From an uncultured Clostridia bacterium (GTDB lineage Bacteria > Bacillota > Clostridia > Oscillospirales > Ruminococcaceae), in the NCBI GenBank assembly GCA_947427325.1, contig CANEHP010000001.1, positions 1-45,697 of the forward strand: 45,697 nt of DNA, written 5' to 3'. Each line of letters starts with the position of its first letter. Position 1 is the first letter of the stretch. Made by a program: the position numbers and the translations under genes. Under the pieces are notes generated by a model that ran no database searches, was not told the origin of the DNA, and was given only the letters and a program-made list of their open reading frames with translations. Below, piece after piece: positions 18,701-28,565 of the stretch.

Positions 18701-21700
18701 TTTAATGCAGGCGGAATAACCAAAAATACGGAAGTGGTTGCTTATGAACGCCTATATTACAATAGTATAGAAATCGCAGCTCATACGGATATCAACGACA
18801 AGTCTCAAACCGTTGAAATCTTAAAGCCCAAAATCAGCACTACCGCAACCTCAATGAATGAAAAGCACGCTTTCGGTATTGGCACTGTTACTGTTGACGA
18901 CGCAGTAGAATACAGCAATCTGATTGAGGAGCAGGAATATGTTTTAGTGGGCGTGCTGATGGATAAGTTCACAGGCAAGCCCTTTAAGGTAAACGGAAAA
19001 ACGGTGGAAGCAAGGACAGCCTTTACCGCAAAAGCGCAAAGCGGAACTGCTGCCGTAAGATTTGCCTTTGATGGCAGCGCAATAACCGACAATACCAAGC
19101 TGGTGGTATATGAAACCCTTTACAGAAACGGAACCGAGATCGCAAGCCATAAGGATATAAACGATTTGGGTCAGACCGTTGAAATTCATAAGCCTGAAAT
19201 AAAGACCACTGCTGCCTCCAACGGAGAAAAGGAAGTTATAGCTATTGGCACAGTAACTATAGACGATGTAGTTTCCTACACGGATCTGATTGTGGGCAAG
19301 GAATATACTGTTAATGGCGTCCTTATGAACAAGACCACGGGAAAAGCCTTTACTGTAAACGGAAAGGAAGTTACGACACAGGCTAAATTCACGCCTAAAA
19401 CCGCAAACGGCACTGTAACCTTAAGCTTTGCTTTCAACGCAAACGGAATTACCGCCAATACCAAGCTTGTTGCCTATGAGCGTTTATCCGTAAATGGTGT
19501 TGAAATTGCCGTTCATACGGATATAAACGATAAGGCGCAGACGGTAGAACTGCATAAGCCTAAAATCGGTACAACGGCAACATCAAACGGCGAAAAGGAC
19601 GTTATCGCCATTGGCACGGTAACTATTGACGATGTAATTTCCTATTCCGATTTAATTGTAGGCAAGGAATATACCGTAAGCGGCGTTCTGATGAACAAGA
19701 CCACAGGAAAAGCCTTTACTGTAAACGGAAAGGAAGTCACGGCACAGGCTAAATTTACACCAAAAACAACGAGCGGCACTGTTTCTGTTAAATTTACCTT
19801 TGACGGCAGCGCAATTACAGCGAATACCAAGCTTGTTGCTTATGAGCGTTTGTATCTGAATAATGTGGAAATCGCCGTTCATACGGATATAAACGATAAG
19901 GCGCAGACCGTAGAGGTACACAAGCCCACAATAGGCACGGTTGCCACCTCCAACGGTGAAAAGGAGACTATAGGCGTCGGCACTGTTACTATTAACGATA
20001 CCGTAGCTTATCACGATTTAATAATCGGCAAGGAATACACTGTAAGCGGTACTTTAATGAACCAAGCCACAGGCAGGGCATTTACCGTAAACGGTAAGGA
20101 AGTGACATCTTCCGTTAAGTTTACCGCAAAGGCGGCTGACGAAACCGTTACCGTAAGCTTTACCCTTGACGGCAGTGCAGTAACCGAAAATACCAAATTA
20201 GTTGTATTTGAAACGCTGTATCTGGGCAGCACCGCTATTGCGGTACACGCCGATATTAACGATGAAGGTCAGACGGTTGAAGTTCATAAGCCCGAAATAA
20301 AGACTACAGCCACATCAAAGGGCGAAAAGGAAGTTATGGCAATCGACACTGTTACCATTGACGACGTGATTTCTTACAAGGATCTGATTGTGGGCAAGGA
20401 ATATACTGTTAATGGCATTCTGATGAATAAGACCACGGGAAAAGCCTTTACTGTAAACGGTAAGGAAGTAACCGCACAGGCAAAATTCACACCTAAAACT
20501 GCAAACGGCACTGTAACTGTAAGCTTTACCTTTAACTCAAACGGAATTACCGCCAATACCAAGCTTGTGGCTTATGAGCGTTTATACTTAAAAGATATGG
20601 AAATTGCCGTTCATACGGATATAAACGATAAGGCACAGACAGTGGAGCTGCATAAGCCCGAAATTAAAACCACAGCTACGTCCAACGGTGAAAAGGACGT
20701 TATCGCCATTGGCACGGTAACTATTGACGATGTAATTTCCTACAAGGATCTGATTGTCGGCAAGGAATACACTGTAAATGGCGTTCTTATGAACAAGACC
20801 ACAAGAAAAGCCTTTACGGTAAACGGCAAGGAAGTAACGGCACAGGCTAAGTTTACGCCTACTGCTTCCAATGGCAATGTAACCGTAAGCTTTACCTTTG
20901 ATGGCAGCGCAATAACAGCGAATACCGAGCTTGTGGCATATGAGCGTTTGTATTTGAATAATGTGGAAATTGCCGTTCACACCGATATTAACGATAACGC
21001 ACAAACCGTAGAGCTGCATAAACCGTCTATTGGCACAACCGCCACCGCAGATGGTGAAAAGGAAACTATTGCAGTGGGAAATATCACTGTTGTTGATACC
21101 GTTGCTTATCACGATTTAATAGCCGGCAAGGAGTACACAATAAGCGGTATTCTAATGAATAAGGCAACAGGCAAGCCTTTTACGGCAAACGGCAGGGAGA
21201 TCACTTCAAGCGTAAAGTTTACAGCAAAAGCAGCTAACGAAAATGTTTCCGTAAGCTTTACCTTTGACAGCAGCGCAATAACCGAAAATACCAAGCTTGT
21301 GGCATTCCAGACCTTATATCTGAACGGTGTGGAAATTGCAAATCACAAGGACATTAACGATAAGGGTCAGACAGTTGAAATTCATAAGCCCTCTATCGAA
21401 ACCACTGCAACCTCAAACGGCGAAAAGGAAGCTGTAGCGGTTGGAACTGTTACCATTGACGATGTAATTTCCTACAAGGATTTGATTGTCGGCAAGGAAT
21501 ACACGGTAAGCGGCGTTTTGATGAACAAGACCACAGGAGAAGCCTTTACGGTAAACGGAAAGGAAATAACCGCACAGGCTAAATTCACACCTAAAACAAC
21601 AAGCGGCACTGTAACCGTAAGCTTTACCTTTGACGGCAGCGCAATCACAACAAATACCAAGCTTGTAGCTTATGAGCGTTTATTCTTAAATGGTGTTGAA

Positions 21701-23704
21701 ATCGCAGTACACACTGATATTGAAGATGAAAATCAGACGGTTGAAATTCACAAGCCCGAAATTAAGACCACCGCCACATCAAACGGCGAAAAGGAAGCTA
21801 TAGCGGTCGGCACTGTTACCATTGACGACGTAGTTTCCTACAAGGATTTGATTGTGGGCAAGGAATATACTGTAAATGGCGTTTTGATGAACAAGACCAC
21901 AGGAGAAGCCTTTACGGTAAACGGAAAGGAAGTAACCGCACAGGCTAAATTTACACCTACTGCTTCCAACGGCACTGTAACCGTAAGCTTTACCTTTGAC
22001 GGCAGCGCAATAACCGCAAACACCAAGCTTGTAGCTTATGAGCGTTTATTCTTAAACGACGTTGAAATCGCCGTTCATACGGATATTAACGATGAAGAGC
22101 AGACTGTTGAGGTACACAAGCCCAAAATCGGAACTACCGCAACGGCAGGCGGCGAAAAGGAAACTATTGCAGTGGGAAATATTACCGTTATAGATACCGT
22201 AGATTATCACGATTTAATAATCGGCAGAGAGTACACGGTAATCGGCGTGCTGATGGATAAGGCCACAGGCAAGCCCTTTACCGCAAACGGCGAAGAGGTA
22301 ACAGCTCAAACCGTCTTCACCGCAGAAAAAACAGACGAAAATGTTTCCGTGAAATTTATATTTGACAGCAGTGCAATTACCGAAAATACAAAGCTTGTGG
22401 CATTCCAGACATTGTATTTAAACGGCGTTGAGATTGCGAACCACAGGGATATTAACGACGAGGGACAGACAGTTGAGATCCACAAGCCCGAAATCGGCAC
22501 TTCCGCAAGCTCCGAGGGAGAAAAAGAAGCCTTTGCGGTTGGTACTGTTACTATTGAGGATATTGTAAAATATCACGATTTGATTATCGGCAAGGAATAT
22601 GTTGTCAACGGCGTTCTGATGAACAAGGCGACAAACGAGCCTTTCCTTGTTGACGGCGAAGAGGTAACGGCGCAGACCGCCTTTATTGCGGAAAACTCTG
22701 ACGGCGAAGTAACTGTTACCTTTACCTTTGACGCAAGCGGAATTACGGAGAATATGACTGTTGTAGCCTTTGAAACAATATCGCTGGACGGTGTGGAATT
22801 TGCGGTACACGCCGATATCAATGATGAGGAACAAACTGTTGAGCTTAGAAAGCCTAAAATAAGCACTGTTGCAACCGTTAACGGCGAAAAGGACGCTTTT
22901 GCGGTTGGCGAAACTGTAATTAAGGATATCATTTCTTATGAAAATCTTATTGTCGGTAAGGAATACACGGTAAACGGCGTTCTTATGAACAAGCTGACAG
23001 GCGAACCCTTACTGATAAACGGAGAAAAAGTAACGGCTCAAACAATCTTTACCGCCGATACCGAAAAGGGCGAGGTTGAGACAAGCTTTACCTTTGACGG
23101 AAAAGGAATCGCCGAAAATACAACACTTGTTGTTTTTGAAACCCTGTCATACGGAGAAGCCGAGCTTACAGCTCATACCGACATTTCCGATGAAAATCAG
23201 ACTGTGGGAATTAAAAAGCCGCAGGTTGACACCAAGGCTTCAACCGATTATATTGTAGAAGGCGATAAATTCTTTATTGTCGTTGACGATGTAATTACAT
23301 TCAAGAACTTTATTTCCGGCAAGGAATACACTGTCAAGGGCGTGCTTATGGATAAGCTCACGGGACAGCCCTTCCTTGTAAACGGTAAGCAAATTACCGT
23401 TGAAAAAACCTTTATCGCAAAAGAGGCTGACGGCGAAATAACTGTACGCTTTACTATTGACGCTACTGATATTACTGAGGAAATAGATGTAGTTGTATTT
23501 GAAAACGTGTATCTCGGAGAAGAAAAAATAGCGGCTCACGCAGATATAACCGATGTTGATCAAACCGTAAACCTTATTCCCATTGATGAAGATGTGCCGC
23601 TTGGTACAATGCCGCCTACAGGTGTTGGATTTGGTTTTGGAATCGGAGCATTTGTTTTAGCTGCCGGTACTGTTATTGTTTTTGGTCGACGCAGGAGGAA
23701 ATGA
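15725..23704 (+). CDS. giant sortase-anchored adhesin: thioester domain, 5 SpaA/CnaB-like isopeptide domains, 15 T-Q ester-bond (VaFE) domains
   Basis: Signal peptide; VAYCI and ATQILVW (TED Cys/Gln motifs); G.LKIIKTSEDG...VSF.N repeats; 15 HxDxxDxxQTV repeats of ~122 aa; C-terminal MPPTG, TM, RRRRK. Confidence 0.92.
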   Translation: MKKIFKKMISTLLSAATVFTAAIVPLAQEAFAASSWAVGEKKTVVRTGDFSDSSYHFNGRLGRSFWATSSPILEADGQVAYCISSNKPAGGFYENISYTIDSKSPDNSTTAIALSYGYTGKTKYGYSDDYERNATQILVWIIKDGWFGTSDEETALEIFTEEMSSEKRTAIRDIYHKITENMKEFGKRPSFNNQTREMEYSSSTKKWTYTFTDTNKVANKFDWANAVKSYSYLSVSNITANSVTFTSTKPFDTITLRAKYSNSVYTGRKAFTLVPPTGYDIQDVTTYDVLTDPPETTIKLYAEEQEGSLKLIKTSEDGKTEGIGFKVRTSGGTLIGTYYTDANGTFTVNNLIAGDYIVEEIVPDGYTKQNSKRVTVEPNKTAEVSFSNTLQKGTLKIIKTSEDGNVSGISFKVYAKSGVIGIAYNTLIGTYVTDSKGEIKIPGLKVGTYMVTEIVPEGYEPQASQTITVRENETTEVSFKNIPVQGELKIIKKSPIDNGKVSGIQFIVAAESGVANVADGTVLGTYTTDSKGEILIPGLKVGTYKITEIVPEGYMPQNPKTVTVKENETTEVSFKNVPGNIGTMKIVKTSEDNKVNNIPFVIRTKDGKLVGEYKTKYEISESGVVGVIDVQLMPGEYIVEEKRSPLYEPQEPQTVKVETGKTTVVNFRNVLKKSGSIQLTKVDGNNPDMLLSGAVFSVSFSEKISNGRYSPFKVPVGNMEEISDGVYHMGDLKEGMYYITETKAPDGYELDTNTYEVKVTDTKKSYIVTNNDNGLFTNHKLPQITTLAASQSGGNAFAAGRITIEDTVSYKNLIVGKTYTLKGCLMQPSFEWDKRETGVPFTVGGNQITAEKTFTATASEGSVTLSFTFDTKEITQNTKVVVFEELYVEGKDEAIASHKDINDRNQTVEIHKPKITTSATSYNRKDVMAVGTITVDDSVEYSDLIVGESYTVKGALMDKSTGKAFTVNGKAVEAQTTFTATATAGTVAVRFTFNAGGITKNTEVVAYERLYYNSIEIAAHTDINDKSQTVEILKPKISTTATSMNEKHAFGIGTVTVDDAVEYSNLIEEQEYVLVGVLMDKFTGKPFKVNGKTVEARTAFTAKAQSGTAAVRFAFDGSAITDNTKLVVYETLYRNGTEIASHKDINDLGQTVEIHKPEIKTTAASNGEKEVIAIGTVTIDDVVSYTDLIVGKEYTVNGVLMNKTTGKAFTVNGKEVTTQAKFTPKTANGTVTLSFAFNANGITANTKLVAYERLSVNGVEIAVHTDINDKAQTVELHKPKIGTTATSNGEKDVIAIGTVTIDDVISYSDLIVGKEYTVSGVLMNKTTGKAFTVNGKEVTAQAKFTPKTTSGTVSVKFTFDGSAITANTKLVAYERLYLNNVEIAVHTDINDKAQTVEVHKPTIGTVATSNGEKETIGVGTVTINDTVAYHDLIIGKEYTVSGTLMNQATGRAFTVNGKEVTSSVKFTAKAADETVTVSFTLDGSAVTENTKLVVFETLYLGSTAIAVHADINDEGQTVEVHKPEIKTTATSKGEKEVMAIDTVTIDDVISYKDLIVGKEYTVNGILMNKTTGKAFTVNGKEVTAQAKFTPKTANGTVTVSFTFNSNGITANTKLVAYERLYLKDMEIAVHTDINDKAQTVELHKPEIKTTATSNGEKDVIAIGTVTIDDVISYKDLIVGKEYTVNGVLMNKTTRKAFTVNGKEVTAQAKFTPTASNGNVTVSFTFDGSAITANTELVAYERLYLNNVEIAVHTDINDNAQTVELHKPSIGTTATADGEKETIAVGNITVVDTVAYHDLIAGKEYTISGILMNKATGKPFTANGREITSSVKFTAKAANENVSVSFTFDSSAITENTKLVAFQTLYLNGVEIANHKDINDKGQTVEIHKPSIETTATSNGEKEAVAVGTVTIDDVISYKDLIVGKEYTVSGVLMNKTTGEAFTVNGKEITAQAKFTPKTTSGTVTVSFTFDGSAITTNTKLVAYERLFLNGVEIAVHTDIEDENQTVEIHKPEIKTTATSNGEKEAIAVGTVTIDDVVSYKDLIVGKEYTVNGVLMNKTTGEAFTVNGKEVTAQAKFTPTASNGTVTVSFTFDGSAITANTKLVAYERLFLNDVEIAVHTDINDEEQTVEVHKPKIGTTATAGGEKETIAVGNITVIDTVDYHDLIIGREYTVIGVLMDKATGKPFTANGEEVTAQTVFTAEKTDENVSVKFIFDSSAITENTKLVAFQTLYLNGVEIANHRDINDEGQTVEIHKPEIGTSASSEGEKEAFAVGTVTIEDIVKYHDLIIGKEYVVNGVLMNKATNEPFLVDGEEVTAQTAFIAENSDGEVTVTFTFDASGITENMTVVAFETISLDGVEFAVHADINDEEQTVELRKPKISTVATVNGEKDAFAVGETVIKDIISYENLIVGKEYTVNGVLMNKLTGEPLLINGEKVTAQTIFTADTEKGEVETSFTFDGKGIAENTTLVVFETLSYGEAELTAHTDISDENQTVGIKKPQVDTKASTDYIVEGDKFFIVVDDVITFKNFISGKEYTVKGVLMDKLTGQPFLVNGKQITVEKTFIAKEADGEITVRFTIDATDITEEIDVVVFENVYLGEEKIAAHADITDVDQTVNLIPIDEDVPLGTMPPTGVGFGFGIGAFVLAAGTVIVFGRRRRK

Positions 23705-23775
23705 GGTAGAAAGTATGTCAATGACAATATGTAAGAAATACTGTCGCTTTATCCTGTAAAAGGGATAAACGCAAG

Positions 23776-23849
23776 GCGGATACTTATAGCACAATTTTTC
23801 TTTTCAGAGTTGTGATATATGTATCACAAAAACGGATACATATATCACA
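23776..23849. repeat. three copies of the 18-bp palindrome upstream of the conjugation operon
   Basis: GCGGATACTTATAGCACA (23776), TGTGATATATGTATCACA (23811), ACGGATACATATATCACA (23832). Confidence 0.85.
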
Positions 23850-23878
23850 ATATTTTTTTAAAACAGAAAGGGGAAAAA

Positions 23879-24901
23879 ATGGATATTAAAGTAAGCTCCA
23901 TAACTCTCTTGGACAGAGAAGAAAGCAAAACAAAAGCAATAGCAACATTAGTCATAAATGATGAATTTGCTATACACGGAATAAGAGTAATTGAGGGCAA
24001 AAACGGCGACTTTGTTCAAATGCCCCAAAAACGTGACGGCAGCGGAAATTACAACGATATTATTTACCCCGTAACAGCCGAGTTAAGGGAAGAGATTAAC
24101 ATTGCCGTTCTTGAACGGTATAAAAACCCTATCTCAATCGATAACTTACAGCTTATCGGCAGCTATGAAACAAAATGCGATATTCACTACATTGATCGCA
24201 CAACAATATGGGACGAAGCCGCCCACGCCTATGCAGAAAAAGATAATGTGACTATTTCTCAGCTTCAAGCGGCATTTATTGAAGCAAAACAGTTTGCCGC
24301 AGCTGTCAAGGAAAGTGAGAAACTATCCGATGAGCCACAGCAAAGACCTGTACAGTCAAAAATATATGCTTTGCTGAATGATGTTAAAAACAATGAATAT
24401 CTGAAAGCAGTAGGCAAGATTGTTATAGACGATGCTATTGTGATTACAGGTGTAAGAGTTACCGAGGGAACCGTAGTTAATACAGCCGAGGACGGTACAA
24501 AAAAAGAAGAAAAGAAAACTTTTGTCGGTATGCCCTCATATTCAACTGAAACTGACGAGTTAAAACAGTACGCACATCCAATCACAAAAGAGTGCTACGA
24601 TAAAATCAACAACTGCGTTATTGCAGCGTATCAAAATATCGGCAGATTTACATACAAGGGTGTTAAATTTTCGGAGCTTGGCGAAGAAACGTCGAACATC
24701 GGCGGAGGAGATCTGAACAACAGATTTGCCGAAAAACTTATGGCAGAGCTTGAAAAACGAGGAATACCCTATAACGCAAAAATAGATAAAGACGGGACTA
24801 CAAGGCTAACGGTAAAATCCTCCGACAAGGAAACGGCTGAAGGCATAAGAAAGGAACTTAAGGAAATCCTTAATCCCCCAAAGCCTAAGCAAAGCAGATA
24901 G
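23879..24901 (+). CDS. protein with two SpoVG-like nucleic-acid-binding domains
   Basis: KAIATLVINDEFAIHGIRVIEGKNGDFVQMPQKR...DIIYPVTAELR and LKAVGKIVIDDAIVITGVRV...FVGMPS...AHPITKE; start reassigned to ATG 23879. Confidence 0.85.
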   Translation: MDIKVSSITLLDREESKTKAIATLVINDEFAIHGIRVIEGKNGDFVQMPQKRDGSGNYNDIIYPVTAELREEINIAVLERYKNPISIDNLQLIGSYETKCDIHYIDRTTIWDEAAHAYAEKDNVTISQLQAAFIEAKQFAAAVKESEKLSDEPQQRPVQSKIYALLNDVKNNEYLKAVGKIVIDDAIVITGVRVTEGTVVNTAEDGTKKEEKKTFVGMPSYSTETDELKQYAHPITKECYDKINNCVIAAYQNIGRFTYKGVKFSELGEETSNIGGGDLNNRFAEKLMAELEKRGIPYNAKIDKDGTTRLTVKSSDKETAEGIRKELKEILNPPKPKQSR

Positions 24902-24917
24902 TGGGAGGTGATCTGAA

Positions 24918-26330
24918 ATGATGAGTGAAGATTTAGCGAGTCAGTCAATGTCAATGGCACAAAAATCCGCTGAAATAGCAGTGGAAATTGCCCGACTGCT
25001 AAAGAGTATGTATGACAGTCATTCTCAAAAGAAACGGTCGCTCGGTCAAGCACAGGAAACCGTAAAAGAACCAAACGTTAAAAGCGGCAAAGTAAAGCTG
25101 GCACAGCTGAAAAAAACAGGTGGCAATATCTCAATGCAAACTAACATTTCCGTTCGTGATATGGAAGCGATCGCCGCCAAAGCCAAGGATTATGACATTC
25201 CTGTTTCCTTTATAGGCAAAGGCGAAAATGCAGAAAATGTAACATTGGCATTCAGAACGGACGATAAAGCTGCCGTTGACCAAATTCTGAATGAAGTAAT
25301 GACCGAAAAGCTTACTGTAAAGCCCGATGATTATTTAATGTTTGAAATGAACAATCTCGGCGAGGCTCAGACTATGGAAGCAATGCTGAAAGAAAATGAT
25401 ATTCCTGCAGATATAGCCATAGGTGCTAACGGTAAGTATATGTGCATTTACGAAGCCAAAAACGCCGAAGTCTTGAAAATTATAAAAGAGGATCTAAAAG
25501 AAACTCACGAAAATATCAGTAAAGGCTTTGAAATTGAAAATAACGGAAAAAAGTATACGCTGACCGATAAAAATGCGGAAAAAACAATCACTTTATCCTC
25601 TCTCCCTACCAAGGAAAAGCTTATGCGAATATGCCGTGAGCAGTTTGGTTTCAGCGAGCATAAAGCGGCGGTAGCCGCCAACAAGTTTGAAAGCACCCTG
25701 TCTGGAGATAGGCTGAAATATTTCCGTACTGATACTCGCCAAACTGCCTTGCTTAATAACTTCGAGCGCAATATTCATTTAAAGGACGACAGTTTGTTGG
25801 TAAAGCCCTATTCTTTCACAAGAGCAAATTTTTCTTCAGATAATGTAAACCGTTACCTTGTAACCAACGGAGAAAAAGCCGCCGCCCTTATTCCTGACAA
25901 AATGAGCCGTGAAGAAATGGCTGATGCTGTGCGGTACAAATTGGGAGTAACCGACCCCGAAACAATAAAGGCGATTGTTGATAAAACCGAAAAAATCGAG
26001 GTTGCCAACAAAGTTGCGGAAATAAAGAAGGAAGCGGAAATAGCAAAACAGAACGGAGATATTGCTATTGAAAGACGTTCCGAAAAATTCTTTGAAGCAA
26101 GTCAAGGAGCTGAAAGAAAAAGCTATGATCTGACCGATAAAAAGCAGTCGATAAAAGCTTTACAGAACGATTTCGGTATATCCTCGGAAAAAGCCGAAAG
26201 AATTTTCCAAAAGGCGCAAAATCAAAGCCCCCTGCAAAACGATTTTCACAAGATGGCAGAAAAATCAAAAGCACAAACTAAAACAAAGCCTATTACGGAA
26301 AAGAAAACGAACAAAGGGGCGAGAAAATGA
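24918..26330 (+). CDS. ICE protein, PcfB/DUF3801-like N-terminus
   Basis: GKVKLAQLKK...AKDYDIPVSF...LAFRTDD pattern and position just upstream of virD4. Confidence 0.55.
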   Translation: MMSEDLASQSMSMAQKSAEIAVEIARLLKSMYDSHSQKKRSLGQAQETVKEPNVKSGKVKLAQLKKTGGNISMQTNISVRDMEAIAAKAKDYDIPVSFIGKGENAENVTLAFRTDDKAAVDQILNEVMTEKLTVKPDDYLMFEMNNLGEAQTMEAMLKENDIPADIAIGANGKYMCIYEAKNAEVLKIIKEDLKETHENISKGFEIENNGKKYTLTDKNAEKTITLSSLPTKEKLMRICREQFGFSEHKAAVAANKFESTLSGDRLKYFRTDTRQTALLNNFERNIHLKDDSLLVKPYSFTRANFSSDNVNRYLVTNGEKAAALIPDKMSREEMADAVRYKLGVTDPETIKAIVDKTEKIEVANKVAEIKKEAEIAKQNGDIAIERRSEKFFEASQGAERKSYDLTDKKQSIKALQNDFGISSEKAERIFQKAQNQSPLQNDFHKMAEKSKAQTKTKPITEKKTNKGARK

Positions 26331-28501
26331 GTGCAAAAGGAAAAAAGAGAACAAGTTTAAGCATGATAATAATTTACTTTTGCATAGTTCTCGTTGTGCT
26401 TTATTGCGCCGCAGCTGTGGGATTGGCTTTTGATAACTCCAAAGATGAAAACGGCAAAATAGATTTCAGCGGGGAGCTTTTGACTAATGTCGAAAGCTCC
26501 TTTGCTGATTATAAGGGCATTTTGGAGAACATCAGGGATGAAGAAACATATTGCTGTAAATTTACCTTTTTCGGAGCAATGTTTGTTGGCATATATGCCC
26601 TTTTAAAATACACAAGCAGAAAAAGACTTCACCGCAAGGGCGAAGAACACGGCTCTGCACGTTGGGCAACGGACGCAGAGGTAAAAAAGCTTGCTGACAA
26701 AAAGAAAGTCAAAAAGGGCGAATTTGACAACAATATTTTGCTTACACAGGAAGTTAAAATGTCCCTTAATACAAGACAGCATCGAGAAAACCTCAATGTG
26801 CTTGTAATAGGCGGTTCGGGTTCGGGTAAATCCCGATTCTATGTTAAGCCGAATATTATGCAGCTTAATACAAGCTATGTAGTTACAGACCCTAAAGGTG
26901 AGCTGCTGCGATCCACAGGAAAGCTCCTTGAAAATAACGGCTATAAGATAAAGGTGTTTAATCTCATTGATATGAGAAACAGCCACAATTATAACCCTTT
27001 TGCTTATGTCTATGACAGAAAAACAGGTGAGCTTAATAAATCCTATGTTATCAAAATGGTAAATGTTTTGATGAAAAACACAAAGCAAGAGGGGGCAAGC
27101 GGCGGCGATCAGTTTTGGGACGATGCCACAAAAGCACTGCTTTCAGCTCTTGCTTTTTATCTTTTGGAAAAGGGCGCAGATAATGAAAAGAATTTTGCCT
27201 GGGTTATGCAGCTTTTAAAGCAAGCGGAGGTCAAGGAAGGCGAGGAAGATTACGAGTCGCCGCTTGATAAAAAATTCAATGAGCTTGAAGCGGAAAATCC
27301 AACATCTATGGCGGTAAGCTATTACAAGGATTTCAAAAAAGCGGCAGGAGAAACGGCAAAATCAATCCTTATATCTTGCGCTGTGCGCTTGCAAGCCTTT
27401 AACTTACCCGATGTCGCAAACCTTACCCATACCGATACACTGGAGCTTGACAAAATCGGTGATGAAAAAACAGCGGTATTTGTAATAATCCCGTCATCTG
27501 ACGTAACCTTTAGTTTTTTGGCAGCTATGATGTATACGCAACTCTTTGATACATTATACGATACCGCCAATTTCAAATACGGCGGCAGACTGCCGGTACA
27601 CGTCCGTTGCTTGCTTGACGAATTTGCCAACATTGGCACAATACCCGATTTTGACAAGCTGCTTGCTACAATGCGTTCAATGGAGATCTCGGCAAATATA
27701 ATCATACAGAATATAGCACAGCTAAAGAAAATGTATGACAAGTCGTGGGAAATTCTTACGGGTAACTGTGACAGCTTGCTTTTCCTCGGCGGTAAAGAAG
27801 CTTCAACTACTGAAATGATTTCCAAGGCTCTTGGTAAGGAAACGATTGATGTTGTATCACAGAACAGGTCAAAGGGTCGCAGAAACAACAGCACCTCAAT
27901 AAACAACAGCATTATGGGGCGTGAGCTTCTTACAGCTGATGAGCTTACCGTACTTCCAACAGACAAATGTATTCTTATGGTAAGAGCCTTTCACCCATTT
28001 TACTGTCATAAGTTTGACATTGAAAAACATCCGAATTATCAGTATCTTGAGGATAGCGACAAGAAAAACGCCTATCTAATTGATGATGTTAAAACCCTTG
28101 TAATGCCCTCTATCGCTTACAATCCTAATGACCATATTGAAAAGGCGGATGAAAACATAAGCGAAACGGACAAAAAGATAATGGAAATCTTAGAACAAGC
28201 ACAGATGAAGGAGGTAAGCGAAATTTTGAGCGATATAGATATACCCGATGACGATTTTGATTTGGAAATTGAGTTCGGAGACAATGAAGCTTCGGCAGGA
28301 GATACGCCGCAGGATGATTTCACAGAATTTGACAACGATGACAGTGAAAATCCTGCTGAGGTTATATTTGCCGATGAAATGTCGGAAATGGAGGATAAAC
28401 CGTACAACGGTGAACCTCTTGAACGTGTAGATATGTCAAGACCGCTTTCATTTGAAGCGGATGATGAAGTGCTTATGGACAACGACGAGTTGTTCATGTA
28501 G
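26327..28501 (+). CDS. virD4: VirD4/TraG-type coupling protein
   Basis: Two N-terminal TMs, HGSARWA, NVLVIGGSGSGKSRF, TDPKGEL, LLDEFANIG, acidic tail. Confidence 0.95.
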   Translation: MSAKGKKRTSLSMIIIYFCIVLVVLYCAAAVGLAFDNSKDENGKIDFSGELLTNVESSFADYKGILENIRDEETYCCKFTFFGAMFVGIYALLKYTSRKRLHRKGEEHGSARWATDAEVKKLADKKKVKKGEFDNNILLTQEVKMSLNTRQHRENLNVLVIGGSGSGKSRFYVKPNIMQLNTSYVVTDPKGELLRSTGKLLENNGYKIKVFNLIDMRNSHNYNPFAYVYDRKTGELNKSYVIKMVNVLMKNTKQEGASGGDQFWDDATKALLSALAFYLLEKGADNEKNFAWVMQLLKQAEVKEGEEDYESPLDKKFNELEAENPTSMAVSYYKDFKKAAGETAKSILISCAVRLQAFNLPDVANLTHTDTLELDKIGDEKTAVFVIIPSSDVTFSFLAAMMYTQLFDTLYDTANFKYGGRLPVHVRCLLDEFANIGTIPDFDKLLATMRSMEISANIIIQNIAQLKKMYDKSWEILTGNCDSLLFLGGKEASTTEMISKALGKETIDVVSQNRSKGRRNNSTSINNSIMGRELLTADELTVLPTDKCILMVRAFHPFYCHKFDIEKHPNYQYLEDSDKKNAYLIDDVKTLVMPSIAYNPNDHIEKADENISETDKKIMEILEQAQMKEVSEILSDIDIPDDDFDLEIEFGDNEASAGDTPQDDFTEFDNDDSENPAEVIFADEMSEMEDKPYNGEPLERVDMSRPLSFEADDEVLMDNDELFM

Positions 28502-28565
28502 CACTTATTTTTTACAATTTTACGATTTGTGAAAAAATTTTTTATTTTTACGGAGGAAACTCAAA

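Noticed and set aside
18062-23580. Recurrent ~62-aa minus-strand ORFs within the adhesin
   Set aside because: Antisense by-products of the 366-bp coding repeats
5805-23849. CRISPR-like reading of the clustered 18-bp repeats
   Set aside because: Only 2-3 copies per cluster, irregular short spacing, no cas genes; fits protein-binding sites better
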